From: Gemmatimonadota bacterium
GTDB taxonomy: Bacteria > Gemmatimonadota > Gemmatimonadetes > Palauibacterales > Palauibacteraceae
Direction of reading: 5' to 3'
NCBI GenBank assembly: GCA_039586095.1
Contig: JBDHLB010000007.1
Coordinates: 3,941-67,940 of the forward strand
Length of the DNA stretch: 64,000 nt
Shown: one piece after another, positions 29,106 through 41,413 of the stretch
Position numbering within the stretch: position 1 is the stretch's first letter
Layout of the letters: every line of letters begins with the position of its first letter
Program-made: the position numbers and the translations under genes
Notes under the pieces: generated by a model
Seen by the model: only the letters and a program-made list of their open reading frames with translations
The model's database searches: none
What the model was told of the DNA's origin: nothing

Positions 29106-29438
29106 ATGTCACGCTTGTTGTCCATGCAATGTGTGCCCTGCCAGGGTGGAGTCCCCCCTTTGCGAGGCGAAGAGCTGGTGCGTCTGGGGGAGGAGTTGGG
29201 GAACGGGTGGAAGGTGATCGACGAGCATCACCTCGAGAAGGAGTTCGAGTTTCCGGATTTTCGCGAGGCGCTCGCCTTTACGAACCAGGTCGGCGAGCTG
29301 GCCGAGGAGCAGGGCCACCACCCCGACATCTATCTGGCGTGGGGTCGGGTTCGCGTCACCGTCTGGACGCACAAGATCGACGGCCTGACAGAAAGCGATT
29401 TCGTGCTGGCCGCCAAGGCGCAGCAACTGTTCGGCTGA
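29106..29438 (+). CDS. pterin-4a-carbinolamine dehydratase (PCD/DCoH)
   Basis: 110 aa with the PCD signature (E.W....L.KEF.F.DF..A..F...V...AE...HHPD....W..V.V.L.TH). Confidence 0.85.
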   Translation: MSRLLSMQCVPCQGGVPPLRGEELVRLGEELGNGWKVIDEHHLEKEFEFPDFREALAFTNQVGELAEEQGHHPDIYLAWGRVRVTVWTHKIDGLTESDFVLAAKAQQLFG

Positions 29439-29478
29439 GTCGCGGGCTCACGAGGGAAATCGGGACTGCTCACCCGCC

Positions 29479-30588
29479 GTGGTGACGAACGACTCGACAG
29501 CCGGAGTCGGAACGGATCGAGCGCTCGACGTCACGTTCGTCGATTCGTGGCATACGGATGTCGCCGTCGGGAGCGGTTCGGCCGCCGGGATCCGTGGGCT
29601 GGCAGATGGGATGCGCGCGCTCGGCCACCGCGTCCAGGTTCTCCGCCCGCAGGGAACCAGAGGCCCGCTCATCCAGCGGCGACTGCGATTCAATGCCGCG
29701 CTGAGAGATCGACTTCGCCGCCTGAGACACGACCTGGTCGTCGGATTCGACATCGACGGCTTCCTGTTGCCGAAGGCACGGGACCACCCGTTCGTCGTGT
29801 CTCTCAAGGGGGTCCTGGCCGATGAGGCGCGTTTCGAGCGAGGGCTGCAGCGCTTCCAGCTTTCCGCGCTGGCCCGGCTCGAGCAGCGCAATGCCCGGCG
29901 GGCGGACCGGGTGTTCGTGACCAGCGAGTACAGCTCACGGGCGGCCATCTCTGCGTACGGCCTAGACACGGCGCGAGTGCGGGTCGTCCCCGAAGGGATC
30001 GACACGGAGTTCTGGCGTCCGGGCGACGCGGCACCGACCGGTCACCCGGTGGTCGTCAGCGTGGCCCGTCAGTACCCGAGAAAGAACACGCGGACGCTTG
30101 TGGAGGCGATCCCGATCGTGCTCGAAAGCGTCCCGAATCTGGAGTGTCGTATCGTCGGCGGCGGACCGGAGCTCCCGACGCTTCGCCGGCGGGTGCGTCG
30201 ACTGCAGATCGAAAACCACGTCCGGCTGCTTGGCGCCCTTCCCCGTGCGGAGGATGTACGCGAGGAGTACCGCCGTGCCTCCGTCTTCTGTCTTCCAAGC
30301 CTGCAAGAGGGCTTCGGCATCGCCTTTCTGGAGGCGATGGCAACCGGACTCCCGATCGTCGCTGCCGACTCGGGAGCCGTGCCCGAGGTCGCGCCGCATG
30401 GTGAGTTCGGGCTGCTGGTCGACGGTCGTTCCGCGCCGGCGGTCGCCGTGGCTCTGGTACGCTTGCTCGAAGACGAGTCCCAGCGCAGGCGTCTGGCGCG
30501 CGCCGGGCGGGAGCGAGCCAGACGTTACGCCTGGCCTCTTGTCGCGCGGGCCTTCCTGAATGCTGCGCTCGAGCGCCACGAAGCCTGA
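29479..30588 (+). CDS. glycosyltransferase family 4
   Basis: GT4 C-terminal motifs: VFCLPSLQEGFGIAFLEAMATGLPIVA and EFGLLV. Confidence 0.8.
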   Translation: MVTNDSTAGVGTDRALDVTFVDSWHTDVAVGSGSAAGIRGLADGMRALGHRVQVLRPQGTRGPLIQRRLRFNAALRDRLRRLRHDLVVGFDIDGFLLPKARDHPFVVSLKGVLADEARFERGLQRFQLSALARLEQRNARRADRVFVTSEYSSRAAISAYGLDTARVRVVPEGIDTEFWRPGDAAPTGHPVVVSVARQYPRKNTRTLVEAIPIVLESVPNLECRIVGGGPELPTLRRRVRRLQIENHVRLLGALPRAEDVREEYRRASVFCLPSLQEGFGIAFLEAMATGLPIVAADSGAVPEVAPHGEFGLLVDGRSAPAVAVALVRLLEDESQRRRLARAGRERARRYAWPLVARAFLNAALERHEA

Positions 30589-30665
30589 TACTTCGTGGGA
30601 CGGCACTTGTCGAATCGTCTGGCAGGGCCCAACGTGATCGGCCCGCACCCGCTGTACGCACGGAG

Positions 30666-32604
<1,939 letters not shown>

Positions 32605-32612
<8 letters not shown>

Positions 32613-33876
32613 CGGGATTCCGGGGACCTCCGGCAGCGGGGCTGTGACCGGCCGGCCGATCGAGGCGGAGGCACCGGAGAGCCGGCTGCTGGGGCGTCAG
32701 CGTGGGGAGCGGCCAGGGCCCATGCTACTGTGCGTGGCCGGCCTGCACGGAAACGAGCCCGCGGGCGTCCATGCACTTCAGCGAGTGATTTCCGCGCTCG
32801 AGGCACGTCCGGTCCCACTTGTCGGAGACCTCGTGGCGCTGGCTGGCAATCTGACGGCGCTGACGGCCGGTCGTCGATTCCTCGACGAAGATCTCAACCG
32901 GATCTGGCAGCCGGAGCGTGTCCGCGCGCTGCGTGGTTCCGAGTCCCCGCAGGCGGGGGGAGGAACACTCGCAGAGAAGGCGCCGTCTGCGGAGGGACCT
33001 TCGGGGGCTGCCGCTGGCGTCGAGGCGCGCGAGCAGGCCGAGCTCCTGCACGCCGTGGACGAAGCTCTGGCATCGGCGAGAGGGCCCGTGTATGTGCTCG
33101 ATCTGCACACGACGTCCGCGGAGAGTCCCCCGTTCGTCACCCTCGGCGACACGCTCACCAACCGGGCGCTGGCCCGCCAGTTTACGATTCCGATCATCCT
33201 GGGTCTGGAAGAGCAGTTGGACGGTGCTCTGCTGTCCTACCTGGACCGGCGTGGCCTGGTAGGCCTCGGCGTCGAGGGCGGGAGCCACACGTGCTCGCAG
33301 TCGGTGGACGCGCTGGAAGCCGTGCTGTGGATCGCGCTGGTGGTTCACGGCCATGTGCAGCCGAGCGACGTGCCCGGATTGGATGCGTACTACGAACTCC
33401 TCCGGGGCGCGACCCGGCACCTCCCGCCCGTCATGGAGGTGCGGTACCGCCACGAGGTCAGGCCGAACGACGATTTCGCGATGGACGCCGGATTCGAGAA
33501 CTTCCAGCCCGTGCAAGAGGGAGCCGTTGTGGCGCGAGATCGAACCGGTCCGGTCCTCGCTCCCGAGAGCGGGCGGATGTTTCTGCCGTTGTATCAGGAG
33601 CTGGGTGACGACGGCTACTTCATCGTGCGCAGAGTGCGCACGATCTGGTTACAGATCTCCGCCGTGTTGCGTCGTCTGGGTCTGGCCGGTATTGCCCCGC
33701 TGCTTCCCGGCGTCGATCGACTGCCCACGCGTGACGACGCGCTCGTACTGCGCCCCTGGGCGGCTCGTGACTCCGTCATCGGTGTCCTGCACCTCCTGGG
33801 ATATCGGAAGCGTGTGCGGGATCACGTCGTGTACATGATCCGCCGGAAGGACAAATCGGGTGGGTACGCCGGCTAG
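32605..33876 (+). CDS. succinylglutamate desuccinylase/aspartoacylase (AstE/AspA) family zinc hydrolase
   Basis: HGNEPAG zinc-binding motif about 47 aa from the start, then an HTTS-type second zinc site (LDLHTTSAE). It overlaps the upstream gene by 8 bp. Confidence 0.75.
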
Positions 33877-35045
33877 CGTGTAGCCGGGGCGAGCACGGTC
33901 GCCTCAAGCACCTCGGCGAGCGCTTCCACGTCGGACACATCGTTGTAGACGTGGGCCGACACGCGAAGCGCGTCGCCCCGCAGCGAGGCGAACACCCCGG
34001 CCTCCGTCAGCTGCTCCTGGAGCGACTCGAGCGCCAGTCCCTCGGGCAGCCGTACGCCGAGCATGTGCTCGCCCCTCCACCCATCGGCTTCGACGGAGAG
34101 ACCGAGCGCATCCATCCGCGTCATGAAGCCCTCCAGCAGCGAGCGGCAGTAGGCCTGGACGCGAACCGGCTGCCATTCGAGCACCATCTCGAGCGCGGAG
34201 ACCATCATCGGAACGAGTGTGAAGTTGCTGCGCTCGCCGACGTCGTACCGCAGCGCTCCAGGTTGGTACGAGTCGTTGTACTGGACAAGCCCCTGGAAGT
34301 CCTCGCTTCCGCGTCGGGCGATCCACGTCTCCTCGAGGGGCGCGCCGTCGTCGAACCTCTCGGAGAAGTATCCCAAGGCTACCGAGTAGGGCCCGAATAG
34401 CCATTTGTAGCCCGCACAGATCAGGGCATCGGGACGAACCTCCTCGACGTCCAAAGGCAGAGCACCCACAGACTGAGAACCGTCGATGATGAGGGCGGCA
34501 CCGTGGGATCGCGCTTCTTCGCCGATGCGGCGCAAGTCGAACAGAGATCCGTCCGTCCAGTGCACGTTGGGAAGCGCGACGATCGCCGTGTCTGCGTCGA
34601 TCGCCTCCAGAACGCGGGCGTTCCACTCTTCAGCGCAGGGCGGCCCGTCTTTCGGACGGGCCACGGTCCGCAGGTCGAGACCCCGGTGTCGGCTGAGGGT
34701 CCTCCATGCGTACACGTTGCTGGGAAACTGCTCCTCGACGATCACGACGTTCTGCCCCGTCTTCGGGGCGAGGTTGCGAGCCACGACCGCGATGCCGTAG
34801 GAGACGGCGGGGAGAATCGCCACGCGTTGTGGATCGCGTGCTCCGACGAGCGTCGCGAACAATTCGCGCAACCGATCACAGTCCCGGAAGAAGTCGACCG
34901 GTAACACGCGGGAAGGGTCGCGCCGCCGTTGTATCGCCGCCACGCCCGCTTCCTCCACGCGGTGCGCGAGGGGCGCCATGTATGCACAGTTCAGGTAGTG
35001 GACGTCGGAGGGAAGCGAGAATCGGTCCTTCTGGCATGTTAGCAT
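33873..35045 (-). CDS. aminotransferase class V-fold PLP-dependent enzyme
   Basis: 390 aa from MLTCQKDRFS (ATG 35045..35043, RBS GGAGGG). The long ORF 33873..35888 has an Arg-rich non-coding N-terminal extension. The PLP-lysine region is AGYKWLFGP. Confidence 0.7.
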   Translation of the reverse strand: MLTCQKDRFSLPSDVHYLNCAYMAPLAHRVEEAGVAAIQRRRDPSRVLPVDFFRDCDRLRELFATLVGARDPQRVAILPAVSYGIAVVARNLAPKTGQNVVIVEEQFPSNVYAWRTLSRHRGLDLRTVARPKDGPPCAEEWNARVLEAIDADTAIVALPNVHWTDGSLFDLRRIGEEARSHGAALIIDGSQSVGALPLDVEEVRPDALICAGYKWLFGPYSVALGYFSERFDDGAPLEETWIARRGSEDFQGLVQYNDSYQPGALRYDVGERSNFTLVPMMVSALEMVLEWQPVRVQAYCRSLLEGFMTRMDALGLSVEADGWRGEHMLGVRLPEGLALESLQEQLTEAGVFASLRGDALRVSAHVYNDVSDVEALAEVLEATVLAPATR

Positions 35046-36373
35046 GTTCCCTCCAACGGATCTCCGCTGTCTTTCGGATCGCGCACGAGTCGTCGCAACG
35101 CGTCTCGGTCGGGCTTGCCGCTCGACGTTCTGGGCAACGATGTAACCAGGCGCCAACGGCGAGGTCGTTTCGGGCTGCTGAGCTCGTCCCGGCAGAACCG
35201 GGCCAGTTCCGTCTCGGTCGGTCGTGCGCCTTCGCGCAGGAGAACGACGGCCGTCACGATCTCCCCCCACACGGGATCGGGCATTCCGAGGACGACAGCC
35301 TCCGCGATCCCGGGGTGAGTGCTCAGGACCCGCTCGACCTCCTGAGGGTGTACGTTTGTGCCCCCCGTAACAATGCGGCTTCCGAGCCGACCCGTCACCC
35401 ACAGATCGCCCGACTCGTCCAGGCGCCCCAGATCGCCGGTGCGCAGCCAGGAATCCAGCCACGGGCTGACGCCGGTCTTCTCGTTCAGGTAACCCTGCAT
35501 GACCGTCGGACCGCGGATCAGTACCTCGCCCTCGTCGGTCAGGCGGAGGCGCGTTCCCGTGAGCGGACGACCGACGGTGCCCGGCCTTTTCCTCACCCGC
35601 TCGGGCGGAGCCGTGGCCACCTGCGAGCACGCCTCGGTCAGCCCGTACGTCAGCGCAACGGGCACGCCGGCTGCCAGGGCTCGATCGAGAAGCGCCGTCG
35701 GACAGGCTGCGCCTCCGACCAGGACGCACCGCAGCTCCGCCGGCCACGGGTCCTGCCATGCCTCCAGCGCCATGTGCAACATGGCAGGGACGAGCGACAG
35801 ATGCGAAACCTGCTCCATCTGCAGGCAACGCACGAGTCGCGCGGCGTCGAAATCGTCCCCGGAAAGCACCAGACACGCTCCCGTCCACACGGTGCGGAAG
35901 ATGATGCCCAATCCACCGACGTGCGACAGGGGCAGAGAGGCCAGCCAGCGGTCATGCCGTGTGAGGCTCAGTCGCTCGGACACCGCCCGGGCGCTGGCCA
36001 GATGATTGGACAGGGAGAGTCGCACGCCGCGTGGAGCGCCGGCCGAGCCCGACGTCCACACGACGGTGTGCGTGTCCGTCAGATCGAGATCCGGCCGCTG
36101 TCTCGCCGCTCGACCGACCCACGCAGCCTTGGATTCGTCGCCGAGGATGGCCACCGGTGCCACGGCCGATGTGAAGCGCTGCCACTCCCCGTCGCCCCAC
36201 GTGGGATCTGCGGGCGCGAGCACCCCACCGACGCGGCTCACGGCGAACAGGAGGGCCAGGGAGTCGGCGTCCCGACGCAGGACGGCGGCCACCGTCTCGC
36301 CGGGCCGAACTCCAGACTCGCGCAGGGAGGCCGCCATCCGGTCGGTCGCGCGGTCCCACTCGGCGAACGTCCA
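35039..36373 (-). CDS. menE: o-succinylbenzoate--CoA ligase (AMP-binding enzyme)
   Basis: AMP-binding motifs (TSGSAGAPRGV, YGLTE) and the MenE-type C-terminus. The GTG start at 36373 was chosen just after the menA stop. The 719-aa ORF's upstream part is the antisense of menA. Confidence 0.65.
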   Translation of the reverse strand, partial: WTFAEWDRATDRMAASLRESGVRPGETVAAVLRRDADSLALLFAVSRVGGVLAPADPTWGDGEWQRFTSAVAPVAILGDESKAAWVGRAARQRPDLDLTDTHTVVWTSGSAGAPRGVRLSLSNHLASARAVSERLSLTRHDRWLASLPLSHVGGLGIIFRTVWTGACLVLSGDDFDAARLVRCLQMEQVSHLSLVPAMLHMALEAWQDPWPAELRCVLVGGAACPTALLDRALAAGVPVALTYGLTEACSQVATAPPERVRKRPGTVGRPLTGTRLRLTDEGEVLIRGPTVMQGYLNEKTGVSPWLDSWLRTGDLGRLDESGDLWVTGRLGSRIVTGGTNVHPQEVERVLSTHPGIAEAVVLGMPDPVWGEIVTAVVLLREGARPTETELARFCRDELSSPKRPRRWRLVTSLPRTSSGKPDRDALRRLVRDPKDSGDPLEGTC

Positions 36374-36456
36374 TCCACCGCCGGCCCACTCCACAGCGGC
36401 GCGAGGCGCGCTCTTCCGTGCGCGCTCGCGAAGCGGGTCCGTGCGCTCGTTCCGGC

Positions 36457-37353
36457 TCAGACGATCAACCCGATGGTGAACAGAAGCCCGTAGGTGCCGG
36501 CGAGCCGAGAGGTGCTCGCGAGCGCCGCGTTCAGCTCGACCGGATCGCGGTGATTCCACATGGCGCGCAATGGCGACACCGCCAGTGGAAGCGCGGCCAG
36601 GCTGACCAGCACGGAGCTCGGCCACACCCCCAGCGCGGATCCGACCAGGGGGGCGGCGAAGCCGATCGCGAGCAGGAACGAGTACTCGATTCGAGTGCCC
36701 AGGGGACCGAGAAGTACGGCCAGCGTGCGCTTCCCCACCCGGGCGTCTGTGTCGCGGTCTCGCAGGTTGTTCACCACGAGGATCGCCGTCACGAGGGCCC
36801 CCGCGGCACCGCCGGCCAGCCACAGGTCCGGCCGCAGCTCGAGCGCCTGCACGTAGTAGGTGCCGAGCACGGCCACGAAGCCGAAGAACGCGAACACGAA
36901 CGCATCCCCCAGTCCGTGATACCCGAACGGCCAGGGTCCGCCTGTGTACGCGAGACCTGCGAGAATGGAAGCCAGACCGACCAACAGTATCGGCAATCCC
37001 CCCACCCACACGAGGTAGGCACCGAGTGCGACAGCCGCGCCAAACACTAGGCCAATCGCCGTGCGCAGCTCGCGCGTGGAGACGAGACCGGCCTGGGCGA
37101 CGCGAGTGAATCCCTTTCTGTCGGCTGTGTCGGCACCGCGAACGAAATCTGAATAGTCGTTGGCCAGGTTGGTGCCAATCTGGATGAGCAGCGCGCACAC
37201 GAGCGCCGCCAGGAACGGAGCCGGCGAGAAGGCTCCCGCCTGCTGGGCGAGGCCCCCTCCCATGAGAACGGGAGCGGCGGCCGCATACAGGGTCTTGGGA
37301 CGGGCCGCCGCCGCCCAGATTTCAATCCCTGTCGGTCGCGTCTGTCCGCTCAA
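36457..37353 (-). CDS. menA: 1,4-dihydroxy-2-naphthoate octaprenyltransferase
   Basis: UbiA-family TM protein with [11 protein letters not shown] and [15 protein letters not shown] motifs, matching E. coli MenA LRPKTL and NLANDYGDAVKGSD. The TTG start at 37353..37351 overlaps the menB TGA. Confidence 0.7.
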   Translation of the reverse strand: MSGQTRPTGIEIWAAAARPKTLYAAAAPVLMGGGLAQQAGAFSPAPFLAALVCALLIQIGTNLANDYSDFVRGADTADRKGFTRVAQAGLVSTRELRTAIGLVFGAAVALGAYLVWVGGLPILLVGLASILAGLAYTGGPWPFGYHGLGDAFVFAFFGFVAVLGTYYVQALELRPDLWLAGGAAGALVTAILVVNNLRDRDTDARVGKRTLAVLLGPLGTRIEYSFLLAIGFAAPLVGSALGVWPSSVLVSLAALPLAVSPLRAMWNHRDPVELNAALASTSRLAGTYGLLFTIGLIV

Positions 37354-38186
37354 GGGAGCCAGGGATACTTCCGAAAATCGGGCAAGCGCTTCTCCAGGAA
37401 CGCGTTGCGGCCCTCCTGCCCTTCTTCCGTCATGTAGAAGAGCATCGTCGCATTGCCGGCCAGCTCCTGGAGCCCGGCCTGCCCATCGCAATCGGCGTTG
37501 AAGGCGGCCTTCAGACATCGGATGGCGAGCGGGCTGCGCTCCAGGATCTCGCGCGCCCACAGGATGCCCTCCGCTTCCAGCTCCTCCACCGGGACGACGG
37601 CGTTCACGAGACCCATCCGCTCGGCCTGATCCGCGTCGTACTGACGGCACAAGTACCAGATCTCGCGCGCCTTCTTCTGTCCCACGATGCGAGCCAGATA
37701 CGAGGAGCCAAACCCGCCGTCGAAGCTGCCGACCTTCGGTCCCGTCTGCCCGAACACCGCGTTGTCGGCCGCAATCGTCAGATCACAGATTACGTGCAGC
37801 ACATGGCCGCCGCCGATCGCGTATCCCGCGACCAGCGCGATCACGGGCTTGGGCATCGATCGAATCAGTTTCTGAAGCTCGAGGACGTTGAGTCTGGGCA
37901 CGCCCTGTCGATCGACGTAGCCGGCCTCGCCTCGTACCCGCTGATCGCCGCCGCTACAAAAGGCCCATTTGCCGTCCTCCGCCGGCCCGTTGCCCGTGAA
38001 CAGCACGACACCGATCTCGGGGTCCTCGCGGGAGTCGGTGAACGCCTCGAGGAGCTCGAATAGGGTCTCCGGCCGGAACGCGTTGCGCACCTCCGGTCGA
38101 TTGAAGGCGATCCGCGCGATCCCTTCGGCCTTGTGGTACGTAATGTCTTTGTAGGGCTTTACCTCGTTCCACGTCACATCGCTCAT
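37350..38186 (-). CDS. menB: 1,4-dihydroxy-2-naphthoyl-CoA synthase
   Basis: 278 aa enoyl-CoA hydratase fold with MenB-specific motifs ([21 protein letters not shown]...GGDQ...[12 protein letters not shown]). Confidence 0.9.
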   Translation of the reverse strand: MSDVTWNEVKPYKDITYHKAEGIARIAFNRPEVRNAFRPETLFELLEAFTDSREDPEIGVVLFTGNGPAEDGKWAFCSGGDQRVRGEAGYVDRQGVPRLNVLELQKLIRSMPKPVIALVAGYAIGGGHVLHVICDLTIAADNAVFGQTGPKVGSFDGGFGSSYLARIVGQKKAREIWYLCRQYDADQAERMGLVNAVVPVEELEAEGILWAREILERSPLAIRCLKAAFNADCDGQAGLQELAGNATMLFYMTEEGQEGRNAFLEKRLPDFRKYPWLP

Positions 38187-38222
38187 TGATGCTCCTCGAT
38201 CGATTGTTTCAGGAAGTGAAAG

Positions 38223-39998
38223 TCACTCGCCGAGCCCGGCACGCACGGCGTCGCACATCCGTTCGACCACCTGCTCACGCCGTCGTCGATTCTCCTCGCG
38301 ATCCGATACCACTTCGACCACGTGCGGACCACCGATCTCGAAACTCCGCTCCAGGGCGGCGTAGGCGTCGGCCGCGCTGGTCTCGCGTCGATACGGAAGG
38401 CCGTAGAGCGCCGCCGCGTGCGAGAAATCGAGTCCGTGAGGCTGCACCACATAAGGCAGAAGTACCTCCTCATACTCTCGGATCGGCAGGGTGTGGAAGA
38501 TGCCGCCGCCATCGTTGTTGATGACCAGGAACACGATGTCGGATCCCAGCTTCGACGCCGCGAGAAGACCGTTCATGTCGTGATAGAAGGCGAGGTCCCC
38601 GAGCGCAGCCAGAGTCGGGCCCGTCGCCACGGCGCTCGCGCCCAGCGCCGCGCTCACGTTGCCGTCTATCCCACTCGCTCCCCGGAGTCCGATGACGTGG
38701 AGCGATTCGTCTGTGGGGACAGCGAAGGCGTCCACGTCCCGGACCGGAAGGCTGTTGCCGAGATACAACGTCGCCTCCGGCGGCAGCGCGCGCACGGCCT
38801 CCGCCAACACCGCGCCCTCGAAGCCCTCGCCGTCCAGCTCTGCCGACAGCGCAACGGCGGCCAGCGAGCCGGCGCGTCGCCAGTCGCCGACCCAATCCGG
38901 ATCCGCGCTGCGCGTTACATGATCCGCGACGGCGGCGGCCCATGCGTCGGGGTCCGCCCGCACATAGATGTCCGCCACCGCCAGATGGTCCTTCCAGCGT
39001 CCCCCCGCGTCGACCACGATCTGGCGCTCGCACGTCCGGAGGAGTCTCGACAATGACGCGGAAGTGGGCGCGGCGCCAAGCCGAATCACGAGATCCGGGG
39101 ACAGACGGGCCCGAACCTCAGGATCGGCGAGGAACGCGTCATAGGCCGCGACGGCCTTTTCCCTGGCCCCCTTCTCGAAGCGGGCGCCGGAGAGCGGATC
39201 GGCAAGCAGCGGATAGCCCGTGGCCGTCGCGATCTTCAGCGCAGCAGGCCCGGCCGTGGCCGGTGTGGGCGAAGGACCGGCGACGACGAGGCCGCGCCGC
39301 GCCGCGCCGATTCGCGTCCCCACCCACTCCAGATCTTCCCGGGCAAGCTGGTAAGTCCCGGAGCGCACGCTGGCAAAGGGCGCGGCTCCGGCACGTCCTC
39401 GCGCCGCCATAGGCGCCGAACGTGCGAAGTCATCCGGCACGTCGCCCGATACGGAGGTGGGCTCCAGGGGTTTCTCGAACTGAAAGTTGACGTGCACGGG
39501 ACCGGGCAACGGGTCCGTGGTGCCGCTGACGACCCGGGCCGCCAGAGCGCGCACGTAGCGCAGCACGTCCTCGCGAACGCTCGGCAGCGGCACGTCGTAG
39601 AAGGCGCGCGGATAGACGCCGTAGAGCCGGCTCTGATCGATCGTCTGGTTCGCGTCCTGACCGCGAAGATGAGCCGGCCGATCGGCCGTCAGCACGATCA
39701 ACGGGGATTCGCCCTGGCTCGCCTCGACGACGGCCGGGAAAAGGTTGGCCGCCGCCGTGCCCGAGGTCGTGACGACGGCTGCGGGAGCGCCAGCAGCCCG
39801 GCCCACGCCCAGTGCGAAAAAGCCGGCGGACCGCTCGTCCACGAACGCGTGCACGCGAATCCGAGCCTCTGCCGCCAACGCGAAGGTGAGCGGCGCCGAG
39901 CGCGAGCCGGCGGCCACGCAGACATGCCGCACTCCCTGCCGAGCCAGCTCGTCGACAAACGCCGTGGCCCACAGGACGTTGCGGTTCGCTTCGCTCAC
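38223..39998 (-). CDS. menD: 2-succinyl-5-enolpyruvyl-6-hydroxy-3-cyclohexene-1-carboxylate synthase (TPP-dependent)
   Basis: N-terminus ...WATAFVDELARQGVRHVCVAAGSRSAPL matches MenD [28 protein letters not shown], plus a TPP-binding GDLAFYHDMNGL. The GTG start at 39998 has a GGGGAGG RBS and overlaps the menF TGA (GTGA). Confidence 0.8.
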   Translation of the reverse strand: MSEANRNVLWATAFVDELARQGVRHVCVAAGSRSAPLTFALAAEARIRVHAFVDERSAGFFALGVGRAAGAPAAVVTTSGTAAANLFPAVVEASQGESPLIVLTADRPAHLRGQDANQTIDQSRLYGVYPRAFYDVPLPSVREDVLRYVRALAARVVSGTTDPLPGPVHVNFQFEKPLEPTSVSGDVPDDFARSAPMAARGRAGAAPFASVRSGTYQLAREDLEWVGTRIGAARRGLVVAGPSPTPATAGPAALKIATATGYPLLADPLSGARFEKGAREKAVAAYDAFLADPEVRARLSPDLVIRLGAAPTSASLSRLLRTCERQIVVDAGGRWKDHLAVADIYVRADPDAWAAAVADHVTRSADPDWVGDWRRAGSLAAVALSAELDGEGFEGAVLAEAVRALPPEATLYLGNSLPVRDVDAFAVPTDESLHVIGLRGASGIDGNVSAALGASAVATGPTLAALGDLAFYHDMNGLLAASKLGSDIVFLVINNDGGGIFHTLPIREYEEVLLPYVVQPHGLDFSHAAALYGLPYRRETSAADAYAALERSFEIGGPHVVEVVSDREENRRRREQVVERMCDAVRAGLGE

Positions 39999-41413
39999 CC
40001 GACCTCCCCGAGGCCGAGCACGCGACCGACCGTACGGAGTTTCAGATTCGTCTCCTCCCACTCTGCGTCCGCCCCGGACGCCTCCACGATGCCGGCTCCG
40101 GCGAACAGGCGCACAGCTGGCCCGGAGAACAGTGCACACCGCAGTCCGGGCACGAAATCCCCGTTGCCTGCGCCGTCGAACCAACCGACGGCCCCCGCGT
40201 ACCAGCCACGCGACTCGGGCTCCTCGGCCGCCAGCACTCGAACGGCCGTTTCACGCGGCCGGCCGCAGACAGCGGCCGTCGGATGAAGAACCGACAACAG
40301 ATCGAGAATGTGCGTTCCCCGTGGGACCTCTGCCGCCAGATCTGTCCGCAGGTGCTGAATCTCGGCCAGGCGATGCAGCCGAGGCGCCGCATCCACGTCG
40401 AGCCGCGTGGTCAAAGGACCGAGTCGATCCCGAAGCTCGCGCACGCAGATCGAATGCTCCAGGCCGTCCTTCGGGCTCTCCCGAAGCGCCTGCCCCAGAC
40501 GTTCGTCCGTGTCAGGGTCTTCTCCGCGCCGCGTAGACCCCGCCACCGCCATGGTGCGGAAATCGTGGCCGCGAAGCGAGCCCAGCACCTCCGGCGATGC
40601 GCCGACGAACGCGGCCTTCCGACCGAACTGGAACGCGAACACGTTGGCGGCCGGGTCTGCACGACAGATGTTCTCCACCGCGCCGAGCGGATCTGCGGGC
40701 GGCTGCAGACGGAGCTCGACGGCGCGCGAAAGCACCACCTTCTGCACATCTCCGATCCGAATTCTCTCACGGACGCGCTCGACGCTGTCCCGCCAATCCG
40801 CCCGGGTCACGCTCTCGCGGACCACGCGTTCAGAGCGCCGGAGCTCACCGTCCCGCGGTCCGTGTCGTACCGCCCCTGCCAGGCGACGGCGGAGCCTGTG
40901 GAGGTCCTCCAGCACCTCGTCCCGCTCGGACTCCGGATCGGCGGATTCTCCCAAGGGACGCCAGGCCCGCAGCCGCGTTGGCCCCTCTCCCCCCGCCAGC
41001 TCGTACGCTGGAAGGAAGAAGCGCGCCGCCGGAAATTCGGCCCAGGGACCGCCGCCTTCCCTTCGATCCCTCTCGCTCCAGCGACTATCGAACGCGAGTC
41101 CGCCGTAGAACCGGGGAGCGACGGCCGGCGAACTCTCCGCCGGCGAGGGCTCGCCCCCACCTGTGGATGGCGTCCCCAGGAGATCCATCGCCGCCTCGCG
41201 CACTACAGTGCACACATCGTCGCCACCCAGCTCGCGAGAGTCGATCTGCGCCAGAGCGCCGCGGCTCGCCTCCCAACGGGACCCTATTCTCCAGTATGCA
41301 CGGGGCTCACCAGCGCCCGTGGCACGCGAGCTGTCGCCGAGGAACGAAAAGGGATCGACGTCCGGGGCCTCGCATTCCGTGAGCAGCCAGCGCATCGATG
41401 ACCGCTGCTTCAT
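39995..41413 (-). CDS. menF: isochorismate synthase
   Basis: Chorismate-binding-enzyme C-terminal motifs (GASPE.L, AGAGIV..S.P..E..E...K). The ATG at 41413 (MKQRSSMRW) overlaps the upstream TBDR stop. Confidence 0.75.
   Translation of the reverse strand: MKQRSSMRWLLTECEAPDVDPFSFLGDSSRATGAGEPRAYWRIGSRWEASRGALAQIDSRELGGDDVCTVVREAAMDLLGTPSTGGGEPSPAESSPAVAPRFYGGLAFDSRWSERDRREGGGPWAEFPAARFFLPAYELAGGEGPTRLRAWRPLGESADPESERDEVLEDLHRLRRRLAGAVRHGPRDGELRRSERVVRESVTRADWRDSVERVRERIRIGDVQKVVLSRAVELRLQPPADPLGAVENICRADPAANVFAFQFGRKAAFVGASPEVLGSLRGHDFRTMAVAGSTRRGEDPDTDERLGQALRESPKDGLEHSICVRELRDRLGPLTTRLDVDAAPRLHRLAEIQHLRTDLAAEVPRGTHILDLLSVLHPTAAVCGRPRETAVRVLAAEEPESRGWYAGAVGWFDGAGNGDFVPGLRCALFSGPAVRLFAGAGIVEASGADAEWEETNLKLRTVGRVLGLGEVG

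Noticed and set aside
34706-36493. 595-aa plus ORF
   Set aside because: It is the antisense of the aminotransferase and menE genes, and is Arg-rich.
35888-37198. Long N-terminal extensions of the 671-aa and 719-aa minus ORFs
   Set aside because: The extensions are Arg/Gly-rich and overlap the upstream men genes in other frames. The true starts are at the domain boundaries.
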